Positions 1-11,038 of a DNA stretch of 64,000 nucleotides are shown one piece after another (positions within the stretch are counted from its first letter, which is position 1; each line of letters starts with the position of its first letter). This DNA is from Anthoceros angustus. Lineage: Eukaryota; Plantae; Anthocerotophyta. Below the pieces are notes generated by a model. It was not told the origin of the DNA, did no database searches, and was given only the letters and a program-made list of their open reading frames with translations. A program made the translations under genes and the position numbers. The stretch is taken from assembly GCA_010909165.1 (NCBI GenBank), contig VJWM01000019.1, positions 310,001-374,000 on the forward strand, read 5' to 3'.

Positions 1-739
1 CTAAGGGTTTTAGTTGGGGAATTTGGCTATGCAGCCAACACTTCTCTTGCTGCGGGTAGGTGCTGGGTCTTGTACAGACGAGCACGAGGAGTGAGTCGCT
101 GAACAGGCTGAGGATTCTCGCGTGTGAGTGAGGCATCGGTGAAAAAGCTTGAGGTCAGAGGGAGGATCCGAGTTGCGGCATTGGCGTGTTCGTGTTTGTG
201 TTTCACACGATTCGCAGCTAAGGTTTTCCTCTGCGGTGACAATTGATGCTGGCTTCCTTGACTCACAGCGTCTTGATTACATGGGGCATGCCACCGGTGA
301 AGAGGGAGATAGCCCAGTGCTGCGAGCGAGGGCGTGCGGCCGTGGTTTCGTGAGAAGGAGAAGGGCACCACGTCGGCATTTGTCCTTAGAGGACCTACCA
401 GCGTAAGGAGCCCGGACAAGGATCCTTTGCACCAGTTAGGGTTAGGTCCCCACTTACACCTTGTGCGGTGACTCGATAAGGAGGAGCAGGGGCCAGTCTT
501 GGGAGTGCACCGGAGGGCTGGGATTAGGCCTTTCCTCGTGGCTCGTCGGGTCCGCATTTATCATGTAAGACCCAGGCAAGAGGACCGTCTCGTGATTCGA
601 CACGATGGAAGGAGGGCCAAATGGCGGTGAGAAATTCTCGGCGGGCCAGAACACAATCGTTGAGGGATTTTAGGCTGCGAGTCAATGAGGCAATTAGTAG
701 GGTCAAGTTCAAACATGGGCCGCGATAACCACCTCTACA

Positions 740-1990
740 TGTTCGAACATATCAAGATACATGGTCGATGAGGCCTGGATTTGTATGAAGCCCACCAAGC
801 GGAGCCGACCTCAACTACGGCCGCCTCCAATCCATTATTCCAAGGGCACTGCAGATGGCCTACAATGCCAAGTCGGGTCAAGTGATGACCCACCAGCAGC
901 CATATCTGCAGTCGCCACCCACCGTGATGCCTCCTCTCACGGCCACAGAGAGGACAATACCACGCAGGGATTGATGAATTCATACACACCCCAAATATGC
1001 CAACCCTGTGGAAGAGTTCATGAAGATCCTCGAGAAGGCTTTTCCACTCAAGACTCCCGAGAAGATTGCGGAGCTGGCAAGCTTTGCACGCCGGAAAGGG
1101 GAGACAGTCCAGATGTGTTTCGGTAGGCTGCAAAAGCTGCGAGATGGGACTGGCATGCTCACAGACCAAGAAGCAGCGGAGAAATTCCTCACAGCCCTTG
1201 AGGGTGATCAGCTGTTTCATTTCCAGCTGTTGTCCTCACTTGTGGATAAGTATGGCGATGCCTATACTTTGCAGCAGGTACATGAGGAAGCGGAGAAGAA
1301 AGAGATTGCTTACTCCGTCTTCTCCTCCAAGCATTCCAAGGCCTTCCACCATTATCAAGGCATGTTTTCAAGCAAGGGTGCTGCTGCCTCGGGGGGAACT
1401 TCTTCAAGGACTACACCAGCTAAGCCAGCCAAGGCGGGAGCAACAGCAGAAGTGACTGCAGCCGCTGCTACAGCTGTCACCATGTGCAACCATTGTGGCA
1501 GTCCTGAGCACATCTCACCGAATTGCAAGTGCCCACCGGAAGGCCTCTTTTGCACTCATTGTCAAAAGAATGGTCATGTGAGCACCGTGTGCTTTCAACT
1601 TCACCCCGAGAGGAGATACCAGTCGGCATCGGTGGAGATGCTACACTAGCATCAAGACAAGCAGGAGCAACTCCGCTGGGACTCTAAGAGCAAGCAATGA
1701 GGAGAAAGCGAAAGCCAAGGTTGCAGAACGCGACAAGATGACGTCCGGAGGCCACGGTGGCGCCTTGGCGGCAACAGTGGCACGCTTACAACCAGCCTCG
1801 AAAGCTGGTGGAGCTAAGCTGCGGTGGGGACTCTAAGAGCAAGCAATGAGGAGAAAGCGAAAGCCAAGGTTGCAAAGAACGCGACAAGATGACGTCCGGA
1901 GGCCACGGTGGCGCCTTGGCAGTGGGCACGCTTACAACCAGCCTCGAAAGCTGGTGGAGCTAAGCTGCAGGGGCGGTTCTGATGAAGCGG
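740..1990 (+). pseudogene. Retrotransposon Gag with two zinc knuckles
   Basis: ORF 1008-1649 has a retrotransposon-gag-like core (FARRKGETVQMCFGRLQKL) and two CCHC knuckles, CNHCGSPEHISPNC and CTHCQKNGHVSTVC. Flanking parts are frameshifted. Confidence 0.8.
1678..1970 (+). repeat. Two near-identical ~150-bp tandem units at the end of gag
   Basis: The unit ggactctaagagcaagcaatgaggagaaagcgaaagccaagg...ggagctaagctgc starts at ~1678 and again at ~1828. The copies differ by small indels. Confidence 0.9.
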
Positions 1991-2639
1991 AGAAGATTAT
2001 GGACACCCACATGAGGTGTTGACAGCAGTTCTGTTGCCTCAGGACAAGCTAAGGGAAGATGTGCCAGCTACATGGGTTGGGCATGCCATTAATCTTGCTG
2101 GCTCGGACATCGTGTTAGCAAATGCAGGGCCCATCACCAGGCAGCGAGGAGCAAGGGCAGCAATGCCTCAATCCTTTATGCCCTTGCCACCTGGAACTGC
2201 CATCCCATTACGGGGGCAGGATACATCTTCACTCCGGGTGACAGCACAGGAGCCAATGCAGACAGAGATGAGGCAGGCCCCTGCTTTAGGGCAATTGTAC
2301 ATGATGCCCCCTTTGGTCACACATGAGCAGCTGGCAGCACGGTTGTTGCAGGCACCATTAATGTCCTTGCAGGACATGGGCATGACCAGGGAACGTCTCC
2401 AGCAATTGCTGCAGACACAGGAAGTCACAGCCGTTGCTCATGTGCCGGGAGATTTGGTAGTCAGGTCTGGGGGGGGACTTGTTCCTTTCCCCGGATCACC
2501 GTTAGTAAATTCAGCCGGAGCCCGTGGGCCTTCCATTGCAAATGACCGCATGGTGAATTTCCAGCAATTTCTGGAGCATCCACGCATCCACCTACCAACA
2601 GGCGAATGCGAGTGAGTAACGCATGGTAGACAACCGAGA

Positions 2640-2930
2640 GGACGGGTCACATCAGCGTGCACCTGTGGTGGTGTTGCCGGATACCGCTCGGCCTCATTAT
2701 ACAAAGGCGACGGCTTGGTTTGCAGGAGAAGCACGCAAATCCCCATGGAACATCCGCACCTCTCATGGAGCCTGTGTGGCGAGACTTGAACTGTGCACAT
2801 CACATTGAATCCAGCTCATCGGATGCCATGACCATGTCTGCCGTGCTTGGTGACCACGGCCACAAACTACGACCGCTAGATGTGAGTTTCTTTTCCCACC
2901 GCGTAGGAGTGGATAATTGACGAGCAGCCT
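2640..2930 (+). pseudogene. Retroviral-type aspartic protease, frameshifted
   Basis: VVLPDTARP resembles the LDTGA catalytic motif (~2670). ATNYD...F....G..ID at ~2860-2920 resembles the protease C-terminal motif. Confidence 0.55.
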
Positions 2931-3259
2931 TCTATCGGCCCGACCGGCAGCAGGAGGACGTTTGCACATATTCCCTTGACTTGCAGCGGTGTGGCCACAG
3001 AGATCACGTTAGTGGTGTGCCATGCTAGCAAGGAGCCCGTCCTGCAATGTGAAGCTAGTCCAAGATGCTAACCAGCAAGATGCACAATCTTGAAGCGATG
3101 ACGCCATTCCGGTCCATGGATCTCACAGCTTGCAACATGCCCTTGCACAACCCGATCATCCAGGCGAGCTCACGCTGGCATGCAAGAGACAGTGCGGCAG
3201 TGATGCACTTGTTGGATTCAGTGTTAACCACCCACTCAAGATCGAGTCGGATCACAATG

Positions 3260-4170
3260 TGATTACATGGGCGCCATCGTTCGGACTGGTGGTAGAACTC
3301 TTTGGCGGGATCTGATCGGGCCGGAGGCTCTCTTGATGATCGATCGTCCATCAATCGTGTATTGTGACAATGATGTCACAAAGACGCCGTATCGCAGAGT
3401 TCAGCCGCAAGGGCTGCATGAGCGTTTTCCACAAAGAATCGCCTTGGAGGCCTATCACGGTGCTTTCACTGCTCTACCGCAGGGTGTCCGTTACATTCAA
3501 GAAGGCCACATTCGTGCCTTGGGAAATGTGGATATGGTGATTCGGCCGGGAATGCTGTGGGTTCTCCCTGGGCATGGAGCTGGTCTACAAGATGCACGCT
3601 GTGGTCGTCAGGATCTACATCAGTCCTCACATGGGCTCAAGAATACAACCCGCGGTGTGCTTACCTCCTTGAGAATACACCGCAATTTGAGCAGAGCACA
3701 TGTGCAACAGACATGGCGTGGTTCAAGATTATCGGGCCTCCCATCCTGTTAGATGCGGCCTGTGGGCGCTTTGCTCACCGAGGAATTATCGACCAACTTG
3801 GTCCCTCGATTCAGACCGGCTTTGCGTGGCACACACAGGGACCCGTCCTTGCAGCTTCAACTGGTGCTAGAGGATCATCACCAGCCCAAGCTTGTTACCG
3901 CCAGTGAGCGTGCGCCTTGGTTCAAAACCAACACACTGCCGCCTCGGCACTACGCCGTTAGCTTTCCAGTTCATTCGCTTACGGTGAGGGGCCTGCTGTT
4001 GAACACCAACACGCAGCAGTGGGAGGAACCCACTGTGCTGGAGCGGGAACGCATTATGGGCTTTCACCCATTCTCTGCCAGCCCTACGGTTACACCACTC
4101 GGTAAGCGTGCTCTAGGCAGAGCCATGGATGTTCACGCACTCACGTGGTTAGTGAGTCTGTGCTTGGCTT
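3260..4170 (+). pseudogene. C5 cytosine DNA methyltransferase domain (DNMT3/DRM-like fold) within Pol
   Basis: Motif I VVELFGGI (3289-3312). Motif IV VDMVI..E-C-C-G-F-S-L..GHGAGLQDAR (3528-3600). Motif VI YLLEN (3662-3676). Motif VIII-like LLDAA...AHR...TNL (3745-3800). EEPTVLERERIMGF (~4023-4064). Motif X LGRAMD (4113-4130). All are in canonical order. Confidence 0.85.
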
Positions 4171-4399
4171 TTCAGCTCCACGCTCGCTTGGCGGCGGTCA
4201 TGGTACCGAGCCTCGCCAAGATGTGTCCAAAGCGCTTCATCTCCCTTTTCCGGATATGCATACATGCCTTTCGGCCGGATGCGGTGGAGCAGTCCGTGGC
4301 GTCCTGTGCTTTTCTCGCCCCGGGAGAGCGATTAGATGATCCAGTCCCGCAAAGCCTAAGCTAAATGCCGAGACTTTCCGTGGCGCATGGGGATGGGCG

Positions 4400-5100
4400 G
4401 ATGGGCGTAAGACACGCATCCACACTCTCGCTCAAGTATCGGGCGCTTTGCCTTTACCATGAAGGACCTCAAGCGCAATGTGATCAGATTTCGGATCAAC
4501 GACGGTGAGCCCATCTACCGCGCTACAGTTGAGCAAGACGGAGTGGGAGATGGTCGATGCTAGGTGTCGTGAGCTTCTTGAAGCGAGGCTTATCCGGCTA
4601 TCCAAAGCGATTATGCCGCAAAGAATCGTCATGCCGCTAAAGAAGGATGCCAAGGGCCGTGGACGGAGAACGGATGTGGGGACTATCGTCCCATCAATGC
4701 CGCAGCAGATCGGTACCCAATGCCGACCGGAGGAGATATTTGACATTGGGCGCCTGCCTTCTTCTCTACTTTGGACCTTCGGTGGTTTTAACGATTCCGT
4801 TGCGTAAGAGGACATCAAGAAGACCGCTTCACGGGTCCCAGCGTGGAATGGCTGGTGATGCCATTCGGTTCAAGAACGCACCCGTCACTTTTCGGGTGAT
4901 GGATCCGTTTTACCGGATGTGCCAACTTGTTGTGCTATATCGACGTCTGGTTCACAAGATCGCTTTGAGGATCACCGGCACACTTAGAGGAGCTGTTCCG
5001 TAGGCTAAGGAAGGCAGAGCTCACATGTCACCCGTCCAAATGTGAATTTGGAATGAACACGTGGCATATTTAGGTCACAGAATCGTGCCTAACGGGTGAT
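4400..5100 (+). pseudogene. Reverse transcriptase, frameshifted
   Basis: Fragments LSKTEWEMVDARCRELL, VMPLKKD..G...CGDYRPIN, EEIFD, EDIKKTA, VMPFG.KNAP, CYID(D)V at 4933-4947 and LTCHPSKCEF. Confidence 0.9.
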
Positions 5101-5329
5101 GCCCCACTCACCAAGGTACAGCTATCCTGCAGTGAAGGAGCCCACCAACGTGTCGGCCTTGCGTGCCTTTCTTGGGTTATGCAACTATTAGGTTTACATT
5201 CGAATTTCAGCGGTGCGAAACCCTTGAATGACATGTTGAGGAAAGACGTGGAATGGGCATGGACTGAGTTGGCGCAGCAAGCTTTTGACATGTTGAAGGA
5301 GCAATTGACCAGGTCACCAGTCATGGCTA

Positions 5330-5710
5330 GGCCAGATTTTAGCAAGCCATTTGTATTACACACCGATTGGAGCTGTCTGGGACTTGGGCGGTGCTTGCAC
5401 AAGAGGATGAGCAGGGCAAGGAGCGCGTGATCGCTTATGCCTCGAGGAGTAATAACCGAGCGGAGGCCAATTACAGCAGCTATGAGGGGGAGTGCCTCGC
5501 AGCTGTTTGGGCCGTTTGCCACTTCCGCCCATATTTGTATGGTCAGCAGTTTAAGCTAGTGACTGATCATCAGCCATTGAAATGGCTGATGACTAACACA
5601 AAATTGAGTGGGAAGCTGGCTCGCTGGGCCATGATACTTCAAGATTATGACTTCCTTGTGGAGCACAGGCCAGGAGTGACACACCAAAATGCAGACATGC
5701 TATCTAGAAA
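5330..5710 (+). pseudogene. Ty3/gypsy RNase H
   Basis: FVLHTDWS followed by AVLAQ...ERVIAYASRSNNRAEANYSSYEGECLAAVWAVCHFRPYLYG...TDHQPLKWL...LARW...NADMLSR. Confidence 0.93.
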
Positions 5711-5989
5711 TCCGGACAGCAGCTGCAGTGATGTCACCGAGGCTAGGAGGACCATGAGGAGGAGATTGGTGCGATGTCATGTGGCGATTTGTTGCCATGA
5801 CCGCCTTGGATGATTTGTGTTTTCATTCTAATGCAAAGGACATTTGGGAAGATGTGAATGCTCTTGATTTTGCACTGGAGTATGGACGAGGCCCGACCCA
5901 CCGAAAAGAACAGTGCGTGCGTCGACGATTTGGCGTGATGGCTACATGATTCGCAGTCGGGCAATGGTGTCGAGCGCTTGGTGCCACCA

Positions 5990-6960
5990 CCGTGATAGGG
6001 GTGACACGATCGTCGTGCACGACATGGTCACTTTGGTGTGAAGCGGACTTACTGCTCACACCTCATTTTTATTGGTATGGGATGCACAACGTGCGAGCAG
6101 GTGGCTGTGAGCCTTGTGACCGAGTCAAGGCCTCCTTTACTATGCAAAGACCCGGTTCTCCACCCTCCGCCCATCATGGGCTTGTTCTTTCAGTCCTGCG
6201 ACCTCATTGGAGAATTGACTAGGGGCCGAGAGGCAATGTCTACATACTTGTCATGATGGAGCATTTCTCCAAATGGGTGGAGGTTGTGGCTCTATCGATA
6301 AGTCCTCAAGCACGCCCTGCATTTTTGCACACGTGCTTAGCCGCTTTGGTAGTGCGAGTGCTGATTTGCGGGCTCGAGTTTAGAGGGAATTTCGTGACCT
6401 TTTAGATGTTGCGCTTATCGATCACAAAGTGACTAGCAGGACCATCCTCGGTGATGGCTGAAAGGATGGTCCGGACCATCAAAAAGTGAGAAAGTTATGC
6501 TTGCAGCGTGGAAAGGAGGATTGGGACCTCATGCCGCCTACATCGCTATGGGCTACCGCATGAGTAAACATGCGCCTTGGCACACTTCTCCCTTACTTGC
6601 TTTTGGTCGTGAGCCGGTCACGAGTACAATAGCTAAGAAGATGCAGGAGGTGGTGCAGCATGATCCCGCCACATGGGCTCGAGTGATTGGGGAGCGGGCA
6701 CGGCTATTTCGGCAGTTATGCCAATGGCTATGGCCAACCTCAACATAGCTCAAGACCGGATTCCTTCATGTATACCGCGGTGGTCATTCAGCCCAAGTCA
6801 AGAAATTCAGTTGGGATTTCGATACTTGCAAAGGCAAACTGTGGACACCTTGACTGCTAGCAGCAGACATGTGCCGAGGGTGCGAGAAGTTAGGCCCAAT
6901 GGAGTGCTGATTTTGCGGGCTCGGATGGTAGGACTATTGCGACCATACCAAGAACTGCGC
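5990..6960 (+). pseudogene. Integrase (HHCC zinc finger plus core), frameshifted
   Basis: HGHFGVKRT...HFYWYGM...GCEPCDRVK; DLIGEL; YILVMMEHFSKWVEV; RMSKHA....SP..L.FGREP; C-terminal VREVRPNGVLIL. Confidence 0.85.
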
Positions 6961-7019
6961 CCGCCACTTACCTAATTTGGACCCCACGGTGATAACAACA
7001 GCTGGATTCCACCGCACTA

Positions 7020-7175
7020 CCCGTGCGTTTGTGGGAGGATGATGATGAGGAGCTTATGCTTCTCGTGACGGATGCAATGGGGTTTTCATTTGTTTTGCCT
7101 TACCCTCCGCCGCAGTCGCTCGAGCAACTCGTATTGTGCAAAGTGTGCTGGAAATGCTCGTGGATGACTGCTTGA
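7020..7175 (+). pseudogene. PHD finger at the Pol C-terminus
   Basis: Across indels it reads C..C....DDEELML(LC)DGCN.GFHLFCL.P....V.....YCAKC, matching the Cys4-His-Cys3 PHD pattern. Confidence 0.75.
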
Positions 7176-7374
7176 TTTTACCATGTGATGTTGGTGGTGT
7201 GATGGAATTGTGTGGACCTTTTGTTTGCTAGACGCACCAGCTTTCCATTGTGAATGCGGCCGCAGGAGTTCTAGGATTCTTGCTGGCCTCATTCTTGGTT
7301 CCATGTGGCATTTGTTTCAAGACGCTGTATGCCTTGTTTCTTTCTTTTCGATTGTTTCTGCCGTCCATCACCGG

Positions 7375-8228
7375 GGTAGCATAGGTAGAATTTTAGCACT
7401 TTTCTTTTTGTTTGGCACAGACGGGCCCTCTTTTCCCTTGCAGCTGAAGGCCGGGTGAAAACCAGGAAGAAGTGTGAGCAAGCTGCTGGTTTTGCGTCAT
7501 ACCGACAAATGATGAAGACGCACGACACCGACGTGAAACGATGCTAGGAACTAACTCTTAGAAGCTAGGGCTTAGCAAGTAGGTTTTGTTAGCTTAGTTT
7601 AATCAGTTGGTACTGATAATTACTAAAATGCCCTTAAACAGGAAAGTCGGGAAATAACCCGCAAAAATGGCCAAGCTTGGGCCAGGTCTCCCTCTCACAC
7701 AGCTCGCGTGGGAGAAAGCAGACATGATCACTCCAATCCAGCAGGATGCCGGCACCAAGAGTGTGGTGCCTACTGGTACTGCTGACGCAAGGTGGTTGCA
7801 AGGCGGTTGCGGAGCACAAGACCTGAAGGCGGCGGCTGTGGAAGGCAGTTGTCGAAGTCCCTAGGAGGAACGCTAGCTGAACACACGCAATTTTGTTGTT
7901 GTCGAATTTCTAGGCTGTAATGCAAAGACCTGTTGTGTGTATGCGCTGCTCAGCATTGTGGCAATGTGTGTAATGTGCAGTGTTCGCGGGACTTATCAGC
8001 TCTAGGCAGCCCGTGTAGGGCAGCCCTTTCAATTTCTGAGCAAGTGAGCATCGGCACATGTGGTGCATGTCCGGTAGCATAGGTAGAATTTTAGCACTTT
8101 TCTTTTTGTTTGGCACAGACGGCGGGCCCTCTTTTCCCTTGCGGTGAAGGCGGGTGAAAACCAGGAAGAAGTGTGAGCAAGCTGCTGGTTTTGCGCTGCG
8201 CTGACAGCTCATGAAGACGCACGACACC
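7375..8228 (+). repeat. Direct repeat of ~155 bp (7375-7529 and 8073-8228), possibly an LTR 3' end
   Basis: ggtagcataggtagaattttagcacttttctttttgtttggcacagac...gaagacgcacgacacc appears twice, and each copy ends near ...CACGACA. Confidence 0.8.
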
Positions 8229-10410
8229 ACTGCCTTCCTCCATGCAGGACCTCGTACTCCACTACCGACCTGTTCAATAGCTTCTGACTTTTAACATAGG
8301 CTGAAGAATTATCCACTATCGGGAGTGTGACATCAACATCTGAAATTTGAGGTGCCTTGGCAATAGCATGCTGCACAAGCCTCTCTAACTTGGTGTTGTG
8401 AACCATATTCAGCAACTTGCACTGTGATTGGAATCAAAAATGCCGATTAACTTCATCCACAAGAACATGTAGCAACCAATCTAAACATCTACCTGTAAGT
8501 CGCTTCTTAGTTAGAAGACACCTGAATTTCAATGCTAATGGTAGGCTTCTATGCTACTGTTGCAGTCTTGGCCACCATGTAGGACTTGTCGAGCTGTTTT
8601 AATCCACATGGGCATGTTTTGCCCCCATTGCCGCTTAAAATTTATTACAAATCCAGGCTCCGTTATTGCATATGAGGAGTAGAATACATCAAGCTCTTCC
8701 CCAACTTTCTCCATAGCACAACCCTGCTCATCCATATACATGATTTTACCAAGTGTGCTCATCATGTCCCTTCTCCTCGCTCTATTTTTCACCTTCTTTA
8801 TGAGTTGTCTCAACTAGGCACGCCGCACATGCCACAAACAAAAGAACACCAGCATGTTAGAGCCGAATACTTGCCATATAGCATTGATCTCGGCTTGGCA
8901 ATCGTCCACCAAGAAGGCGTTGTTGGGCTTCCAAGCCTGATTAGCCTTCACCATGACCTGCAATAAAGCCCCCAACCATACACTAATACTCTCATAAGTG
9001 CCTTTGTCAGAAATGATCCATGCCGCCGGCAGCCCGTTCATGTGGTCATCGAAGATCAACAGTGTGAACAACTGAAATTTCCACTTATTAGTCCCGGAAG
9101 TGGCATCCATAGAAACAAATCGAGTTATGGCCCCACCTCAACATAGATGAGTGGTGAAATGTTGTTTGAATACCTACTGCAAAGTGACACACATGTGTAG
9201 ACTCACAGCTGAAAGAAGAAAAGAAAATCTCATGCTTGTGTAAGTTCATCCAAATTCTCACGCTTTCCTCGTCACTGTGATGAAATTTCTATATCCTGCA
9301 ATCCAGCTCTACCTGCATATTTCTTATGTCTTTGGGCAATAAGAAATCATCATGGACCAAGTGGCATCCTGGGTTGTCCTTCTGTCTGCGATACATATCT
9401 GCCTCATGATCAGACATAATTTGGTAATTGGTCAGCTTACGTAAAAGCTTGTGCTTAACCCATTCCCACTTTGCCATGGATAAAACAGGAGCAAGAGAAA
9501 CATTTGCAGGGGCATCACTAGTCAACAAACCATAGGAGAAATCACCATTCATGCCTATATGGTGCCACTCGTGAATTCGTATCTCTGCATTTGCCGGCCA
9601 TTGCAATAATCTGCTAATGAAAAACTGGAACTTACATCCTCGTTTCCTACTTTGGCCAAACTTAATGCGTGACATCCTGCTACCTTCTCCCATTGTTGGA
9701 CGGTTCGTAACCTGAATGAAAGGCTCAAAACTTGTTAGGCGGAAATCTTGTGGTCCGTAAGGGCTATTTTGACATGCGTAGTCATCTTTCTTGCACAGTG
9801 CTTAGAGGGTGACCATTGTAAATCTTCTTTACTAAAATGCCCAACAGCCGGATGCAATACAGGCAAAGGGCATGAATCCGTGCTCACAAAGTCCTGCGCC
9901 ATTTTAGACATCAGTGAAATTGCCAGTAGCGGGAAGAATGCAGAGTTATGAGATAAACGGGCACTTCAAGGAAATCCAGCATCCTCCCGAATTCGTCGGC
10001 GGGCATGCATCTGTCCTTGGTGAGCCCTGAGTAGACATAATTACACAAATAGTATGAACATTTGGACGCCGTTGCCTACAGAGTTAGAAAATGTGGCTCT
10101 CACATGAACATGGGCAGACATTCACACAAAGGACACAATACACATGCAGGAGGACTCTAAGGCTCAAATAAGGCATTATCACCGCTCTCACCTTGCCCAT
10201 CTGACAATCACCCACCTCCTTCAGCGGCTGATCTTCCAGCTTCATTGCGGACGTTCATCTAGCTCCTTCAGCGCCCAGTCATCGTCCTTCATTGAGACGC
10301 ATTCCCTGTCCTGTGAACATGTTGTTTGTGCAAACTTGTGATTATAGGGCACGCTTCGCTTCGAGTTTGAAATGGAACGTAAGCCGGCGTTGAAAAGGAT
10401 TCCATGGCGG
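8227..10410 (-). mobile_element. Decayed Mutator-like (MULE) transposase
   Basis: DATSGTNKWKFQLFTLLIFD...GLPAAWII...FLVDDCQAEINAI..VF....FCLWHVRRA (8814-9110). NSSIEAYH supplies a third acidic residue (8535-8813). SRKRGCKFQF..HEWH is a DNA-binding-domain-like segment (9289-9693). The ORF has in-frame stops and is cut off just before the expected SWIM finger. The 5' limit is approximate and no TIRs were identified. Confidence 0.85.
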
Positions 10411-11038
10411 TCTCCATGTTACACAACCCGGTGCCGGGAGCCACGGGTTGCCGCATACGATACAGGATGCGCTCATACGCAGATTCATACGTGCATGGTC
10501 CTATGGACATGGCATGGGGACGGTGGGGCCCACCACCTCGTGAGGAGTACGCCTTTACTTTGCTGGGAGGATTAGCCTGCGGCCACTTCCTTTATTCCCC
10601 CTCGCTCCTCCCCTATTATTTGGGAGATAGGGGATGGAGGAAGGACATGAGCTTGGAGCATGGGAAATAGGGAAATATGGGAACCGGAAGAGTGTAATTT
10701 AAAATATAAACATTTTAATCTATATTCTATAATATTAAATTAAATAAACAATTTGAAGTATCAAATTAATAAAATAAGTGACCAAATATTCACATGTTTT
10801 CAAATAATTATTTCGACAATACCCGGTTGAACCACCCACCATGGAATACGACATTGCATTTCTTGAAAATTTACAAAATGCTTAAAAAGATTAGGCAACT
10901 TATCGAAGTCACGCCAATGAAAATAGGAAGCATAACTCACTTTGCGACGCACGGAAGTAAGAGACGAGACTCTCACGACCGCACGGAAGTGCAGCGGAAA
11001 TACGAGACTCCTGTCATCGCAGTTGGCACGGATACAAC

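Larger units (their letters stand above)
1..8226 (+). mobile_element. Ty3/gypsy-type LTR retrotransposon, frameshifted in this assembly. Order: Gag-PR-DNMT-RT-RH-INT-PHD. The 5' end probably lies upstream of the window.
   Basis: Gag, protease, RT, RNase H and integrase motifs occur in gypsy order (RT-RH-INT) across shifting frames. The 3' boundary is inferred from the ...CACGACA end of a repeated 155-bp segment abutting a truncated MULE ORF. No 5' LTR or PBS was found in the window. Confidence 0.9.

Noticed and set aside
1-740. Possible 5' LTR and PBS of the retrotransposon
   Set aside because: I found no match to the 7.2-8.2 kb terminal sequences and no clear tRNA primer-binding site, so this is probably internal leader sequence.
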